From contig CM075978.1 of the NCBI GenBank assembly GCA_038087875.1, positions 136,648,001-136,712,000 on the forward strand: a stretch of DNA of 64,000 nucleotides, read 5' to 3'. A model generated the notes under the pieces. That model worked only from the letters and a program-made list of their open reading frames with translations. It was not told the origin of the DNA and searched no databases. Both the position numbers and the translations under genes were made by a program. How positions within the stretch are numbered: the stretch's first letter is position 1; each line of letters opens with the position of its first letter. Of the stretch, positions 37,070-49,466 are shown one piece after another. This DNA comes from Malacoraja senta. Lineage: Eukaryota.

Positions 37070-38412
37070 AAATTAAGATGGGCTGGCACAGGCGATATCA
37101 GTACACGTTATTGCTGGTGGATACGAGTAGTATCAGCATGGCATTAAGATGAACATAGAGATCTCCACGTGCATCGCCCTGACTAGCATAGGATGACAAG
37201 ATCAAATTGGCATAGGAAAGGATGGGTGGCATTAGTAGCACTCACACAAATTAAGGTGGATTTTCTATAGTAGTATCAGCTGTTCAAAGTGTGTTTTGGA
37301 TAGAGGAGTGTCAGCATTTGTGCAATATTAGAAAGTGGATTGGCATAAGTATAATCATCATAACTTCACTCATGCCAATCTGCTTAAAATTATACTGATT
37401 GTACTTATACCAACCATTTTAACATCTTCTGATGCTGTGCGTGCCAGTTTACCTTGGCATGCTGACAGTTATCTGTCCAAACCACCTTATAAACTGCCTA
37501 TACCACTCTTGACAATCCATCTTAAGTTGTACCAATACTATTTATGCCATTCCACCTTAAAACAAGCTGATATTTCCTATGCCAATTTGACCTTGTCATA
37601 TTACGCTAATCCGGCCAATCTACCTGTACACACATTGAGATCTCTCCATTAATCTTAATGTGAGGTAGATTGGCATGAGGTGTATCAGCATGAATTAAGA
37701 TGGATTGGCATGCTTACAATTTACTGGCATTGGTCATTTCAGCATGTTTTAAGGCGGATTGATGTAAGAAGCTATAACATGCCTTAAGGTGGACTGGTAC
37801 AGGAAATCCCAGCTTTCCAGGATGGATTGGCATGGGCAGTCACTGTATGCCTTAAGGTGGACTAGTGGGGAGATGAATCAGCATGCCTTAAGGTAGACTG
37901 GCTTAAGAAGTGTCAGCATAGCCTCGAGGTGCATTGGCATCAGTTCCTAATGACATAAGGTGGATTAGCATGACTGGTATCAGCATGACCTAAGGGGTGC
38001 TGGCACAGGAAGTATCAGCATGAATTAAGGTGCACTTGCATGAAAGGAAACTGAATGCCAAGGTGGCTTGGCATGGGTAACATTGGCTTGACTGACAATG
38101 ACTTGGATGAGTATCATCAGCATGACTTAAGGTGAACTGGCAGGAGACAAATCAGTGTGTTAAGGTGTATTGACATGAACAGTAACAGCAAGTCGCGGTG
38201 AGTTGGTATGATTTGTATCAACATGACTCAAGAATAGTTGGCAAAGGAAGTATCAGCATGTGAAGGTGGATTGGCATGAATAGCACCAACATGCCTGAAG
38301 ATGGATTCATATGACAAACATCAGAATGCCTGAACATAGACTGGTATTGGAAGTAATAGCATTACTAAAGGTGGATTGGCAGTAACACAATTTCAAGGTA
38401 GATTGGCATGAA
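37070..38412. repeat. Diverged ~35-bp tandem array with internal inversion
   Basis: Consensus is approximately gtATCAGCATGCCTTAAGGTGGATTGGCATGa, recurring at 37877, 37979, 38014, 38116, 38151, 38217, 38252, 38286 and 38320. Units at 37370-37660 are in the opposite orientation. Confidence 0.85.
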
Positions 38413-38539
38413 GTTTATTACCCCACAAGGTGGCTATTTGAGACAACAATATCACTCACATTATCTGCAAGAAATGCAACAATGTTAAATAAAATCATAA
38501 TTTCTCATTTTTGCATCCTACAATGAGAATTTTCATACA

Positions 38540-39560
38540 TAAAAACATAAGAAATAAAAGCAGGAGCAGGCCATTGGCTCCATATGCTTCTTTCACCATT
38601 CAATAGGATCATGTCTGATCTCTGTTCCCAGCATAATTTTCCTGCACTAATCCCATATCAAATTTTTTTAATTTCTAAAAAAAAAATGTTCTCCATCTTC
38701 AATATCTCAAATATACTCAGCAATTAAGTCTGCCATAACACTCCAATGAAAAAAATGTCAAAGATTCAGTACATTTAGGATGAACATACCATACCTGTAC
38801 ATAATATTCCAGGTGCAATATTACTACAACTCTGTGCTGTTGCAGTAACACAACTAACTTTGAATTCAAATCCTCTTGCAATAAAGACAATTATACTAAT
38901 TGCCTTCCAAATTGTCTACTGTCAGGATTTTAACATTCTGTGATTTATATACAATGACACCCAGATCTCTCTGAACACCAACGGCTAACATGTAAATAAT
39001 ACACTACCTTACTATTTTTGTTCTACCAGGCTTGATGACCATATTTTGTTCCACATTATATTCCATCGACCATGTCCTCTCCCATTCATTTAACTTGACT
39101 TGATCCCCTTGATATAACTCTGCATTTCCACGTAGCCCACGACTACATCCAGTAGCATGGGAAAGCATGGATTTTCCGCACAGCCTCTTACCCAAATCAT
39201 TGGCACAGATTGTGAACAGCTGAGCCTTCCACATTAATCCCTGCAGTGCCTCCATACCTAGAACCTCTCAAGGTAAAAATAACCGGCATATTCCGACTCT
39301 CAATTTTCTGCCTGTTGGATTATCCTCAGTCAACAACAGTATATTTTCTTCATGCTCATCAGCACTCGTTTTACGTAATAACCTCAAATGGTACTAATCA
39401 ACAAAGTTCTAAAAGTCCAAAAAATACAATATCCATCAGTTCACCCTATACTATTTTGCTAATTACAATTCAAAACACTCTTATTAGGGTTTTAAATATG
39501 ATTTACCTTTCATGGATGATACTGATCCAGTCCAATTCTATAATTATTTTCGAAGCTTTC
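38540..39560 (-). mobile_element. Old CR1 LINE fragment
   Basis: CR1 tail ataagaaataaaagcaggagcaggccatt... and degenerate RT (LFTICANDL...LNEWERTWSMEYNVEQ). Confidence 0.7.
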
Positions 39561-41157
39561 TGTTATCTCCTCCATTAGAGACACCCATATTTTCCCTATT
39601 GCTACCATGATTGTTTAATGCTGCAAGTGACTAACCATTTTATTGCCAGTAAAGTGCAAGAAAACATGGAGGAGTAAGATCTCTGACTCGTTAAACACAC
39701 ATTCTTTACTGACTATGTGCAATCTAACATAATTATTCTATCTTGTGGGATATTTTCTTGATCTTTGAATATAAAGGATTGGTAATAACTTCATCATGCT
39801 GACTTTTACAAAACACCACTGGTCCATCATACATCCCTTTATGCCTATTTGTAACAATTATTCACTGATCAAAATTAAATATTTCAACTCACTCATCTTT
39901 CACGTCCTTTTGGGCAAGAGGATACCGCACCGGTACTTTATTGAATTTTCTTTTGAGGTAATTCCCAATTAAGATAGCTCGAATTTCAAGAATATACATT
40001 GCTAATATCATCTTGGTACCCAAGATAGCTCTTTGTTTTGATTTAACACAACTGAATTCCTTCATCATTTTAAAGTTGCAAGTTTCGGCACTAAGGATTG
40101 GCATTTGTTATTGTAAACCTACTATCAAAGTGAAACGTAAAATACAATGAATAAATGTGCACAACTTTGGCATCCAATCTAAAGGATTAATTAATATGTC
40201 TTGTGCACAACAATAATCAGGATTTAAACAGTAGTTACGTTTATTTGAACTATTTAGAACTGGATATTAAATCATCACAGAGTTCCCTGGAAATAATTTT
40301 ATTAAGGTGCCCTCAGGCACATCTAAGATCCATGCATAACAAACTCTTTGTCCCAGATTTTGATATTACTTATCGAAATCTATGGCGAGAATAATAATAT
40401 TCCTTTCCACTATAATTGGGTAAAATTAATTACAATGGCATTTCTCACATTGATTTTTTTGTTTCTCTTCTCTCCTTCCCTTTTCAAAAGCTTCCTTCCA
40501 TCTGTTTCATCCTCTTAAATTGAGATGGAGGGAAAGCTTCTCACTGATTCACCCCCCACAAATATCAATGATTGCTCATTCCATTAGGCAGGCCATGCAA
40601 GAAAGGTGTCCTGTGATAAGGCTTCAATTATATTTAAGCAAGAACAATATGTCAGAAGATAGGCATTATCTGAGAACTGCAAATTCACAAAAATATAATT
40701 TGCCCATAACTTCTAATGAGAACAAAGATTTTGCAGCAACTTAAGTGGTTTAATTAACTATTAAATGTTCTTGCAAAATTTATGAAATGACTGAGAGCTG
40801 ATCACAGTAAGTAAATGGAGGGTAAACCAAATTAAGTAATTAGAGAAATAATTTTACCTCTCAGAGTTATAGTTGCCATCTAATATGTAGAATCTAGGTT
40901 ATTTTTAAGCTGTTAAGTTAAGAGATATTATACTTGCAACACAAATTAGAATGGAATGATGATTGTTGTATCAATTGCACAGATGCTGTAATTCTTAACT
41001 AGTTATTATATTTTCAATAATACATAAAAACGATTATATCAGCAGCATGATGGCCTCTGCTTCACCACTTGTTACTGTTGGAAAGTAAAACCAGATGAAC
41101 CAAAAACGACATGAATGCATGTTTAACATCAATTAAGCGTTCCTGTCACTTTCTGAT

Positions 41158-41486
41158 TCGTTTAGTTTAGAGATACAACATAGAGACAGGCCCTTGGGCC
41201 CACCGGGTCCACAATGACCATCAGTCACCTGTTCATACTAGTTATATGTTATGCCACTGTCTCATCCACTCCCTACACACCAGGAGCTATTTTGTTAAAT
41301 ATAGAGAACAACTAACCTACGAATCTGCTAGTCTTTGGCATGCAGGAGGAAAGCGGAGGACCCCGGAGGAAACCCATGCAGTCACAGGAAGAACATGCAA
41401 ACTCCACAGAGACAGCACCTGAGGTTCGGATCGAACTATGGTCTCTGGCGCAGTGAGGCAGCTGCTCTACTAGTTGCCCCATTGTC
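41158..41486 (-). mobile_element. HE1-type V-SINE
   Basis: tttagtttagagatacaac tail, reverse V-domain, and tRNA-like head. Confidence 0.85.
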
Positions 41487-41524
41487 CCAATCTTAAAAGC
41501 AAGAGTGTGATTTTGAAACTGCAG

Positions 41525-41711
41525 TCATACTTTATTGGACTTTATTGGTGTTTATCTTGCACTAAATGCTGTACCTTTTATCCTGCATCTGTACGCTGTG
41601 GATGGCTTGATTATAATCATGTATACTCCTTTCACTGACTGGATAGCACACAACAAAAAGCTTTTCACCGTACCTTGGTACACGTGACAATAATAAACTA
41701 AACTAAACTAA
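41525..41711 (+). mobile_element. Rex1/Babar-like 3'UTR
   Basis: Matches 2060-2237 and ends aataa(actaa)n. Confidence 0.75.
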
Positions 41712-41809
41712 TATACACCATCTTAAATGGATATGATGACCGGTGCTCAAATTAATTCTATTGATATGAGTTTCAGTTGATACATTTTCTTTACTTTACT
41801 TTCCTTTAA

Positions 41810-42750
41810 AGGGGTTGTCCCACTGCGGCGACCTAATCCGCGAGTTCAGACGAGTTTGCCCTCGACTCATACTCGCAGCATGGTCGACACGAGGTCCTAG
41901 GAGGTCTTTGTAACTCTCCTTCATGCTCGAGAGTAGTCCCTGCATACTCGAGGCCTCAGCTAGGTCGCGGCGTATTTTTCAACATGTTGAAAAATGCCCG
42001 CAAGTAAAAAAAGGTCACCATGGAAAAAAATCAATACTTTTTTTAACTTGTAAGTTTAGTCGAAGTAAGTCGTAGTAGGTCGGCATGTTATTCGTAGGTA
42101 ATCGAGGGTAGTCGAAGGTAATCGTAGATAGTCTTCAACATAGTCGAAGGGAGGTCGAAGGAGGTCGTCTTCACTCTCCACTATTCGGTGTCCAATTTTC
42201 CCGAAGCTAGTCGAAGCTAGTCTTCAACATAGTCGAAGGACGTTTTCAACATGACATTTTTTCAAACTCTCCTAAACTCGCCAATTAGGGCCTGCCCCAC
42301 TGCGGGGACCTAATTTGCGAGGTTTACAAGAGTTTAGGAGAGTCAAGAAGAGTGTCATGGTCTTGTTGTATCGCCGAAGTAGAACACCTCCTATGACCTC
42401 CTTCAACTATGTAGAGAACCTCCTATGAATATGTAGAAGACCTCCTACGACCATGTAGAAGACCTCCTTCGATCTCCTTCGGCCTCCTTCGACTATGTTG
42501 AAGACTAGCTTCGACGATTTACTCACCGATGCTCTCTGGAAAATTGGACACCGAATAGTGGAGAGTGAAGACGACCACCTTCGACTACCTTTGACTATAC
42601 TAACACTATCTACGACTACCTTCGACTACCTTTGATTACCTTTGATTACCTTCGATTACCTTCGATTACCAACAAATAACATGCCGATCTACTTCGACTA
42701 AACCTACGAGTAAAAAAATATTGTTTTTTTCCATGCCGACCAATTTTTAC
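41810..42750. mobile_element. Two related non-autonomous DNA-transposon-like elements, tail to tail
   Basis: Termini aggggttgtcccactgcggcgacctaat (41810) and agggcctgccccactgcggggacctaat (42287). 42010-42240 is the reverse complement of 42480-42750. Internal 10-bp repeats (ttcgattacc). Superfamily uncertain (Harbinger- or Kolobok-like). Confidence 0.7.
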
Positions 42751-44069
42751 TAGCTGATCCACTGAGTCACTCCAACATTTTGTGTCTATCTTTGGTATAA
42801 ACCAGCATCTACAGTTCCTTTTTATTTCAAAATACAGTAACTTTTTTAAAACTTTCAGTAAAGCATTTACAGTCCACAAAGCCACAATCCCATTTATCAG
42901 AAAATTAAGATTTGTAAAGTTATTCATTGGCTACTGAAGGACTGAAGGACATTGGTAAAATCTGCAGGCCAGATGGTATGTGAGTACGCTGCAGATGCCA
43001 GCAATACAGGTTTATGAATCAAACCTTTTGAAATATTCTTCACCTTAAAACCAAACTATTTTTTGAAAATGAACATGCTATTTTAAAGCATTTGAGATGG
43101 CAGTTCAGAGGTTACTCTAATTAAGCCAAGAAACCAGGTTTCACCATTTTCAAACAACATAAATTACTGTAGTTAATGGTAATTTAATATTTTATCACAA
43201 CAGCAGTGGTGAAAGAAAGAGGAAAACATGAGATAGGTTAACCAATGCACGATGGTTCAATATGAGAAAGATAAATACCTCATAGACATATACAGTATTG
43301 GTTAATTTGCATGGTGTAGAGATCTATTCAACCCAATTACTATTGTTGTAGTATAAACTCAAGCTAATTTCATTTTTGTAAAAAATATAATCCCATTCAC
43401 ATGCTAAATTCCAGTTCTGAAATCTCATTTGGAAGTAATAAAGGGCTAAATTGGATAGGACCCAAAAGCCAGTGCAGGGATCACAGAGCATGATTAACCC
43501 AAGCCTGTTGATTGCAGCGCAGACAACAAACCAACTTCATTATGATGATCTCTGTGAGCAGCCGGCACTAACCATGCTGTTGATTGGTTGTATGTATCAG
43601 CGGGGGTTCCAGTATTGTAACTCGGAAACATCAATTAAAGCTAACCTGCGTTGCTCAACACCAGCCTGCATCACTGAAAGGGAGATGAAGTCCAAGAGGT
43701 GTAGGTTAGCGCTGTGCTGCGCTGGTAGTCAGGCAGGAAATGAATCATAGTGGGAAAATAGTAAACAGTGACACATCATAAGCTGGCCATAGGGGTAGAC
43801 GCTGAGGCAATCAACTGCTGCTGGACGCTAATCATCTCAGTGAAAGATGTCCCCTGGTCTGCCCAGAATTTGCTAGTCCTCCATTACAAGCTGTTCCTTG
43901 ACCGGATGTTGCAGACTGGCACGATCCATAGTTTAGAACAATGTGCTGAGGGAATGTTGAAGCCTGTTGCAGCTGCCAGAGAGATCACATGGAAAATGGC
44001 TCCAGTTTGACGCCCCCTTTACCAGCACATATCGAGGGGCTGCTGTCAGTGCGACAAAGGTCCCTCTCA

Positions 44070-44366
44070 CGGGCAGTACGGTGGTGCAGCGGTAGAGTAG
44101 CTGCCTTACAGTGCCAGAGAACCGGGTTCAATCCTGACCTCGGGTGCTGTCTGTATGGAGTTTGTACGTTCTCCCCGTAAATGTGTGGGTTTTCTTCAGG
44201 TGCCTCCGACACTCCGAAGATATACAGATTTGTAAGTTAATTGGCTTTGGTAAAATTGCAAATTGTCCCTAGTGTGTAGGATAGTGTTAGTATACGGAGT
44301 TGCTGGTCAGCATGGACTCGATGGGTGAAGGGCCTGTTTTTGTGCTGTATCTCTAAACTAAACTGA
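44070..44366 (+). mobile_element. HE1-type V-SINE
   Basis: A-box-like gtggtgcagcgg, B-box ggttcaatcc, V-domain, and tail gtatctctaaactaaact. Confidence 0.9.
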
Positions 44367-44539
44367 AAACTTTGCTCAAGGAATGTACGCAGAGGAAAGC
44401 TGATGTCATGCTGACGAAATGCAAATACAATGATGTGGCTTGTGCAGAAAATAATATATAAATGTAATGCACTATATGTTTGGAAATTTTTATAAATTGA
44501 GTAACATTTGAATTTTTTAAAAAGCAATGAATCATCGCA

Positions 44540-44765
44540 GGAGGGACCAGAGTCGGAGTTTTTTTTTAAATGCTGCAGTGAAGGGCTTGGGGAGGAGGTA
44601 CAAAGAAGGAAACAAGTCCTGTATCAACAAGGGGCCTAGCAGCCCTCCAGGAACATGGTCTTAAGGCAGTGTGAGTAAGTAGGCATGGAGATCAACGCCA
44701 GGAGCCTCACTCCAAGGGGCTAAATTCAGTGCCGTGAGACGTGCAATGATCTTGAACAAATGATC
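44540..44765 (+). pseudogene. Decayed Myb/SANT-like DNA-binding domain (PIF/Harbinger ORF1 / MSANTD-NAIF1-like)
   Basis: Manual translation: NAAVKGL/EEVQRRKQVLYQQGA*QPSRNMVLRQCE*VGMEINARSLTPRG*IQCRETCNDL. This fits L.EEV..R...L...W..VA..VNA.S...R...QCRKK.NDL, with 3 stops and 1 frameshift. Confidence 0.65.
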
Positions 44766-45065
44766 TATGACCTTGAATGCATTTTCAAATGCAATCTCCT
44801 ACCAAAGTGGGCCACTAACTTTGGATATTACTCAAAACACCAAACCTTCATCAATCATCTGCCAACAATCCCGAGTAAATTAAGACTCACAACTAGCATT
44901 CTGATGGTCTGCCATGCAGCAGAAACCCGTGGCTGCAAATCTCCTCCAGAACACCACAGCCATAATGTTGTGACAGCACCCTGACAGTTTCTCTATCAGG
45001 TTTTATGTGGAAGCATGCACACCAGAGGCTCAACCTTTTAGTCATGGATAGCTTTTGTCACCCTC

Positions 45066-45185
45066 TAGAAACAAGGAACTGCAGATACTGGTTTACACAA
45101 AAGGACACAAAGGCAGGAGTAACTCAGCGGGTCAGGCAGCATATCTGAAGAACATGGATAGGTGACATTTGGGTCGGACCCTTCC
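45066..45185 (-). mobile_element. Penelope-derived short repeat
   Basis: aaggaactgcagatactgg...cagcgggtcaggcagcat...ggtgacatttgggtcggacccttc. Confidence 0.8.
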
Positions 45186-46013
45186 TCACCCTTCGTCACC
45201 AAGTAGCAGATCACGGAAGAATGATTGCTGGTAAGACACCAGACTTTGTTATACAGGATCTGCAACTGCTTTTGGTCACACAACAGCTCGAACTGAAAGG
45301 AATGGAATCTATTTATTTCTGATTTAGGATAGACATGGCATGTGGCACTTGAAAAGCAACAGACATACATACGTTCAGTGACACTCCATTGCCACATGTT
45401 CCCTCCACTTGTTACCTTACAATGAAATGTGGTTATTTCTTTTTGACTAGAGCTGGACAATTTTCCTCATTCAACGATAGATGGTAAACTGGGAAATTGT
45501 CCATTTCTTCAGCTCCGGACTTTACAGTGAGGAGTATAAAAATGCATTGTCATGGTCACCCAGGCAGCCACTGGCAATGTGTCCCTCACCATGCTCTGAG
45601 GGTACAGCTACAGCTGCACTAGGTGATAGATCGCATTGAGCATGTCGCTAGTTACATGCAGATGTCTCACGTCTGATAGTGGGAGAATTGCTCCCTATAG
45701 CAGATGTAGTCATAACCTGGGAGTCTTCTTCCTCTGACCTTTACCATTTGTCAGCAGCTTTTCCGGCTCCCCAGACCCTCTGTTCAGTCTCCCAGCCAAG
45801 TTGTTTCACAAGTGGAATGCCTGACATTGGACCCATGTTAAGCAGCAAATGATTTGCCCAAATGTCTTGAAGTTAAAATGATGTCCTTCCTTATCCATCA
45901 CTCTGCTCTCTATAAATTTGACCCGTAATGTTACTTTGGAGGTCTTTCTTGAAACAATTAAGTATCAAATACATATATATTTAGTAGAACAAAACCAGCA
46001 ACTCACACAGTTT

Positions 46014-46138
46014 AGAAGCAAGAAACTGCGGATGCTGGTTTACAAAACAAGACACAAAGTGCTGGAATAACAGCGGGTAAGGCCGCATCCCTGGGAACAC
46101 GGATAGGTGACGTTTTGGGTCGGGACTCTTCTTCAGAC
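46014..46138 (-). mobile_element. Penelope-derived short repeat with hammerhead-like core
   Basis: Minus strand reads gtCTGAAGAAGAGTCCCGACCCAAAACGTCacc. Confidence 0.8.
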
Positions 46139-46624
46139 AGTTGATGGTTCATGGGTAGCCGTTCTTCCTGTTTAGTGCATGTTCAGCCTTAGATTTTCAT
46201 GTTATTGGTTAATTTTTCACGATCTTCGCATCGCTGCATGGCCAGCGCTTTTGATCATTCTAACTGTCCTGGAGAAGGTGAAGGTGAGACACCGTCTTGA
46301 ACCACCCTGCTCGTTTTGGTGAAGAGACAACGTCATCACCCTGGGGACAGAGCTGAATGCTTTAAATAAAACGACCATGAAGAATTGATGGAGGGCGTAC
46401 GATTTGGAGGGGAATCGGCAGCTGGTGATTTTCTCAGAAAGTGTGTGAGGTGGTTAGCACACAACAAAAGCCTTTTTACTGCATCTCGGTACACGTGTCA
46501 TTAAACTAAACTGAACTGAGCAGCAGAGATGTGTTTCAAAATGACAGCATTATAGTGTTGGGTGTTACATACTAACTGATAGCTTGACCCTCCAACTCAG
46601 CATACTTCCAGCGGGGTCTTCAGT

Positions 46625-47235
46625 GATAGGAGTAGAATTAAGCCATTCGGGGCCCATCAAGTCTACTCTGCCATTCAATCATGGCTGATCTATCTCTCCC
46701 TCCTAACCCCATTCTCCTGCCTTCTCCCCAGAACATCTGACACCTGTACTAATTAAAAATCTATCTATCTCTCTGCCTTAAAAATCTCCACTGACTTGGC
46801 CCACACAGTCTTCTGTGGCAAAGAATTCCACAGATTCGCCACCCTCTGTCTGAAGATATTTCTCCTCATCTCCTTCCTAAAAGAACATCCTTTAGTTCTA
46901 GGGCTACCACCTCTAGTCCTAGACTCTCCCACTAGTGGAAACATCCTCTCCACAGCCATTCTATCCAAGCCTTTCACTATTCTATAGGTTTCAATGAGGT
47001 CCCCCCTCATTCTTCTAAACTCCAGCGACTACAGGCCCAGTGCCTCCAAACGCTCATCATAGGTTAATCTACTCATTCCTGGGATAGTTCTTGTCAGATG
47101 CACCTGTACCTTCATCGTAAGATCATAAGGAATAGGAGTAGAATTATGCCATTTGGCCCATCAAGTCTACTCTGCCATTCAATCATGGCTGATCTATCTC
47201 TCTCCTCTCCCCATTCTTCTGCCTTCTCCCCAAAA
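46625..47235 (-). mobile_element. Two adjacent CR1 3' ends (46625-47095, 47120-47235)
   Basis: MRGDLIETYRIVKGLDR...RVANLWNSLP plus a duplicated UTR. Confidence 0.9.
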
Positions 47236-47719
47236 TGTTGCACTTTTCATCAGTGCAATATCCAATGTACATTGTAGCAGATGTGTCCTCTTGTGTCACA
47301 CACTAGTTAGTTCCCAAGCACCAACCCATAGACTTCAGAATATGAACATTATTGAACCCAGTTTCAGCACTATGAAAATTTAAAAGCCAAGTTTCATCTC
47401 ACAGGAGCAATCCGCATTAAACAGGACTGCATCATTTGCATTTTTTAAGTTTTTAAATTTAAATAAATTGTCATTTTCAGCCCATTTATATCAGAATATA
47501 CAATTGTTGAGCTTCAGTGGTTTTTAGATTCAAAATCACCGGAGATAAGAGGTATCATCTGTTGTGGAGCCGTAGCACACAACACCGATATTCATTCATG
47601 CAGGACAAGACTATTGTGCCCATTAAACTATAAACAGCAAAAAGTAAACACTTCAAGATTCAGCTCAAAACCAGCATTATTTCTCAATCATACTCAGCAT
47701 CAGACTCACGGTAAGATGA

Positions 47720-48125
47720 GTGAGGAGAGAAACAATACAGCATAGAAGATTAAGGATGCACGCTAGAGACATTTTCAAAATTATGAAAGGTCTCGAGAAG
47801 GCAAACAGTGAAGGATTGTTCCACTGGTTGCTGAATCAGTAACAAGAGGGCACAGACTGAGGATTATCACTGGAAGAATGAAAGGGGAAATTAAAAGAGA
47901 TTTTGTTCACAAGAATATCATTAGGAAATAGAATACTTTTACCACAGGCAACTATTAAGGCAGTGACTGTAACATCTTTTAAATGGAATAAAATGGGTAT
48001 TTGAAAAAGAATGTAAAAGGATATGGGGGAATGGGAGAGGAAATTGTATTAAAATAGATAGCTTCAGTTTAAGACCATGCACCACCGCAGGAATGATGGG
48101 TCAAATGGCCGTATTCTATTCTATA
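47720..48125 (+). mobile_element. Old CR1 3' end
   Basis: Degenerate ETFSKIMKG...VTRGHRLRI followed by ggatatgggg...gatgggtcaaatggcc. Confidence 0.65.
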
Positions 48126-49185
48126 ATATCGATGATTTAAAATGTTGCATATTTGCAAAACACTGCTCCAGGTATATTAGAAATATCCAGCTCAAACCTG
48201 TTGGATGTTTTCCTTTATTTTAATGTTTCGTCTGTGTACTCTTCATTCAATCCCATCATTCTTTATAACTGTAAATTAATTCACTGTTTTCAGAAAGGGG
48301 AAGGTAGCAGTCTAATCTCTCCCTTCCCTTAAAGCAATTATTATTTGTATAATAAAGACTATGAAAATGTAGCTGGTCAATAATCAAATTAGTTATTTTT
48401 ATTGATGTCCCCAAACAAATTCCGAGGTAAGAATGTAATCTACCGCTCTGTCACTGCGAACTATTACGATTAGATTTGTTGCTGCACATTCATTTAGGAA
48501 GAAGCAATTACTACCCCACCCCCTCCAAAGGTATGACAGGAGCTTTGGTAAACAAATTTATAGCAAGTCCAATTATGAGTGGAGATTAACAAAATAGGGA
48601 ACGTCGAACATCGCACAGCCATATATAATATACAAGCTGCAGACAAGAGAAATTTGCTTTGCAAATTAAAAAAGAAGCAAACTAATGAAGAGAGGGGAAA
48701 TCTGAAACAAAGTCGTAAAACACAAGGTATGGAAGGTGAGTCAGGATCTGCGCAGGGGAAATATGTTTATCTTTCAGGCACAAACGTGCCACCAAATTCC
48801 AGTTCTAACAATCGGTTTGCATCAGGAAAATCAATTTATCTATTCTCTCCTCAAATGCTGACTGACCTGTAACTTTGTTACAACTTTTCATACTTTTTCA
48901 AATAAAATGCTCAATAAATATTTAATACATATCTTCTAATAAAATAAATATTATCTAATATTTTCTAAAATTATATTTTCTAATAAATTGTGAGCTGAAG
49001 AAAATGGCAACAGATTTGTATTGAAGAACTTCACCTGTGCAAACCATTTCCACGTAAAATATTTTTAAAGTCAGTAGCCTAGTGCCACTTTCCCTCATGG
49101 CATTCTGTCCAATCCCTTGTTGAACCCTTCCTTGTTCTTTCTTGTTTAAACTATAAGGCTACAAACCAAAAACAGGGGAATAACC

Positions 49186-49466
49186 TAAGGTGCAGCTCAG
49201 TAGCGCAGCGGTAGAGTTGCTGACTTACAGCGCTAGAGACCCAGGTTCAATCCTGACTATGGGTGCTGTCTCTGCGGAGTTTGTATGTTCTCCCTGTGAC
49301 CACGTGGGTTTTCTTGAGCTGCTCAGGTTTCCACCCACATTCCAAAGAGGTGCAGGTTTGGAGGTTAATTGGATTCTATAAATTGTCCCTAGAGTGCAAG
49401 ATACAACGCATGTTGGTCGGTACGGACTCGGTGGGCTGAAGGACCTGTTTCCACGCTGTATCTCTA
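49186..49466 (+). mobile_element. HE1-type V-SINE
   Basis: tagcgcagcggtag, B-box ggttcaatcc, V-domain, and tail cctgtttccacgctgtatctct. Confidence 0.9.

Noticed and set aside
37070-38412. CRISPR array
   Set aside because: Eukaryotic context, linkers of only about 6-7 nt, heavily diverged repeats, and no cas genes.
39889-40104. Minus-strand coding exon ending at a GTGAGT donor
   Set aside because: No acceptor with a pyrimidine tract, and the peptide is not recognisable.
44070-44145. tRNA gene
   Set aside because: The A/B boxes belong to the tRNA-derived head of a V-SINE and continue into the V-domain. The same applies at 8212, 12087 and 49186.
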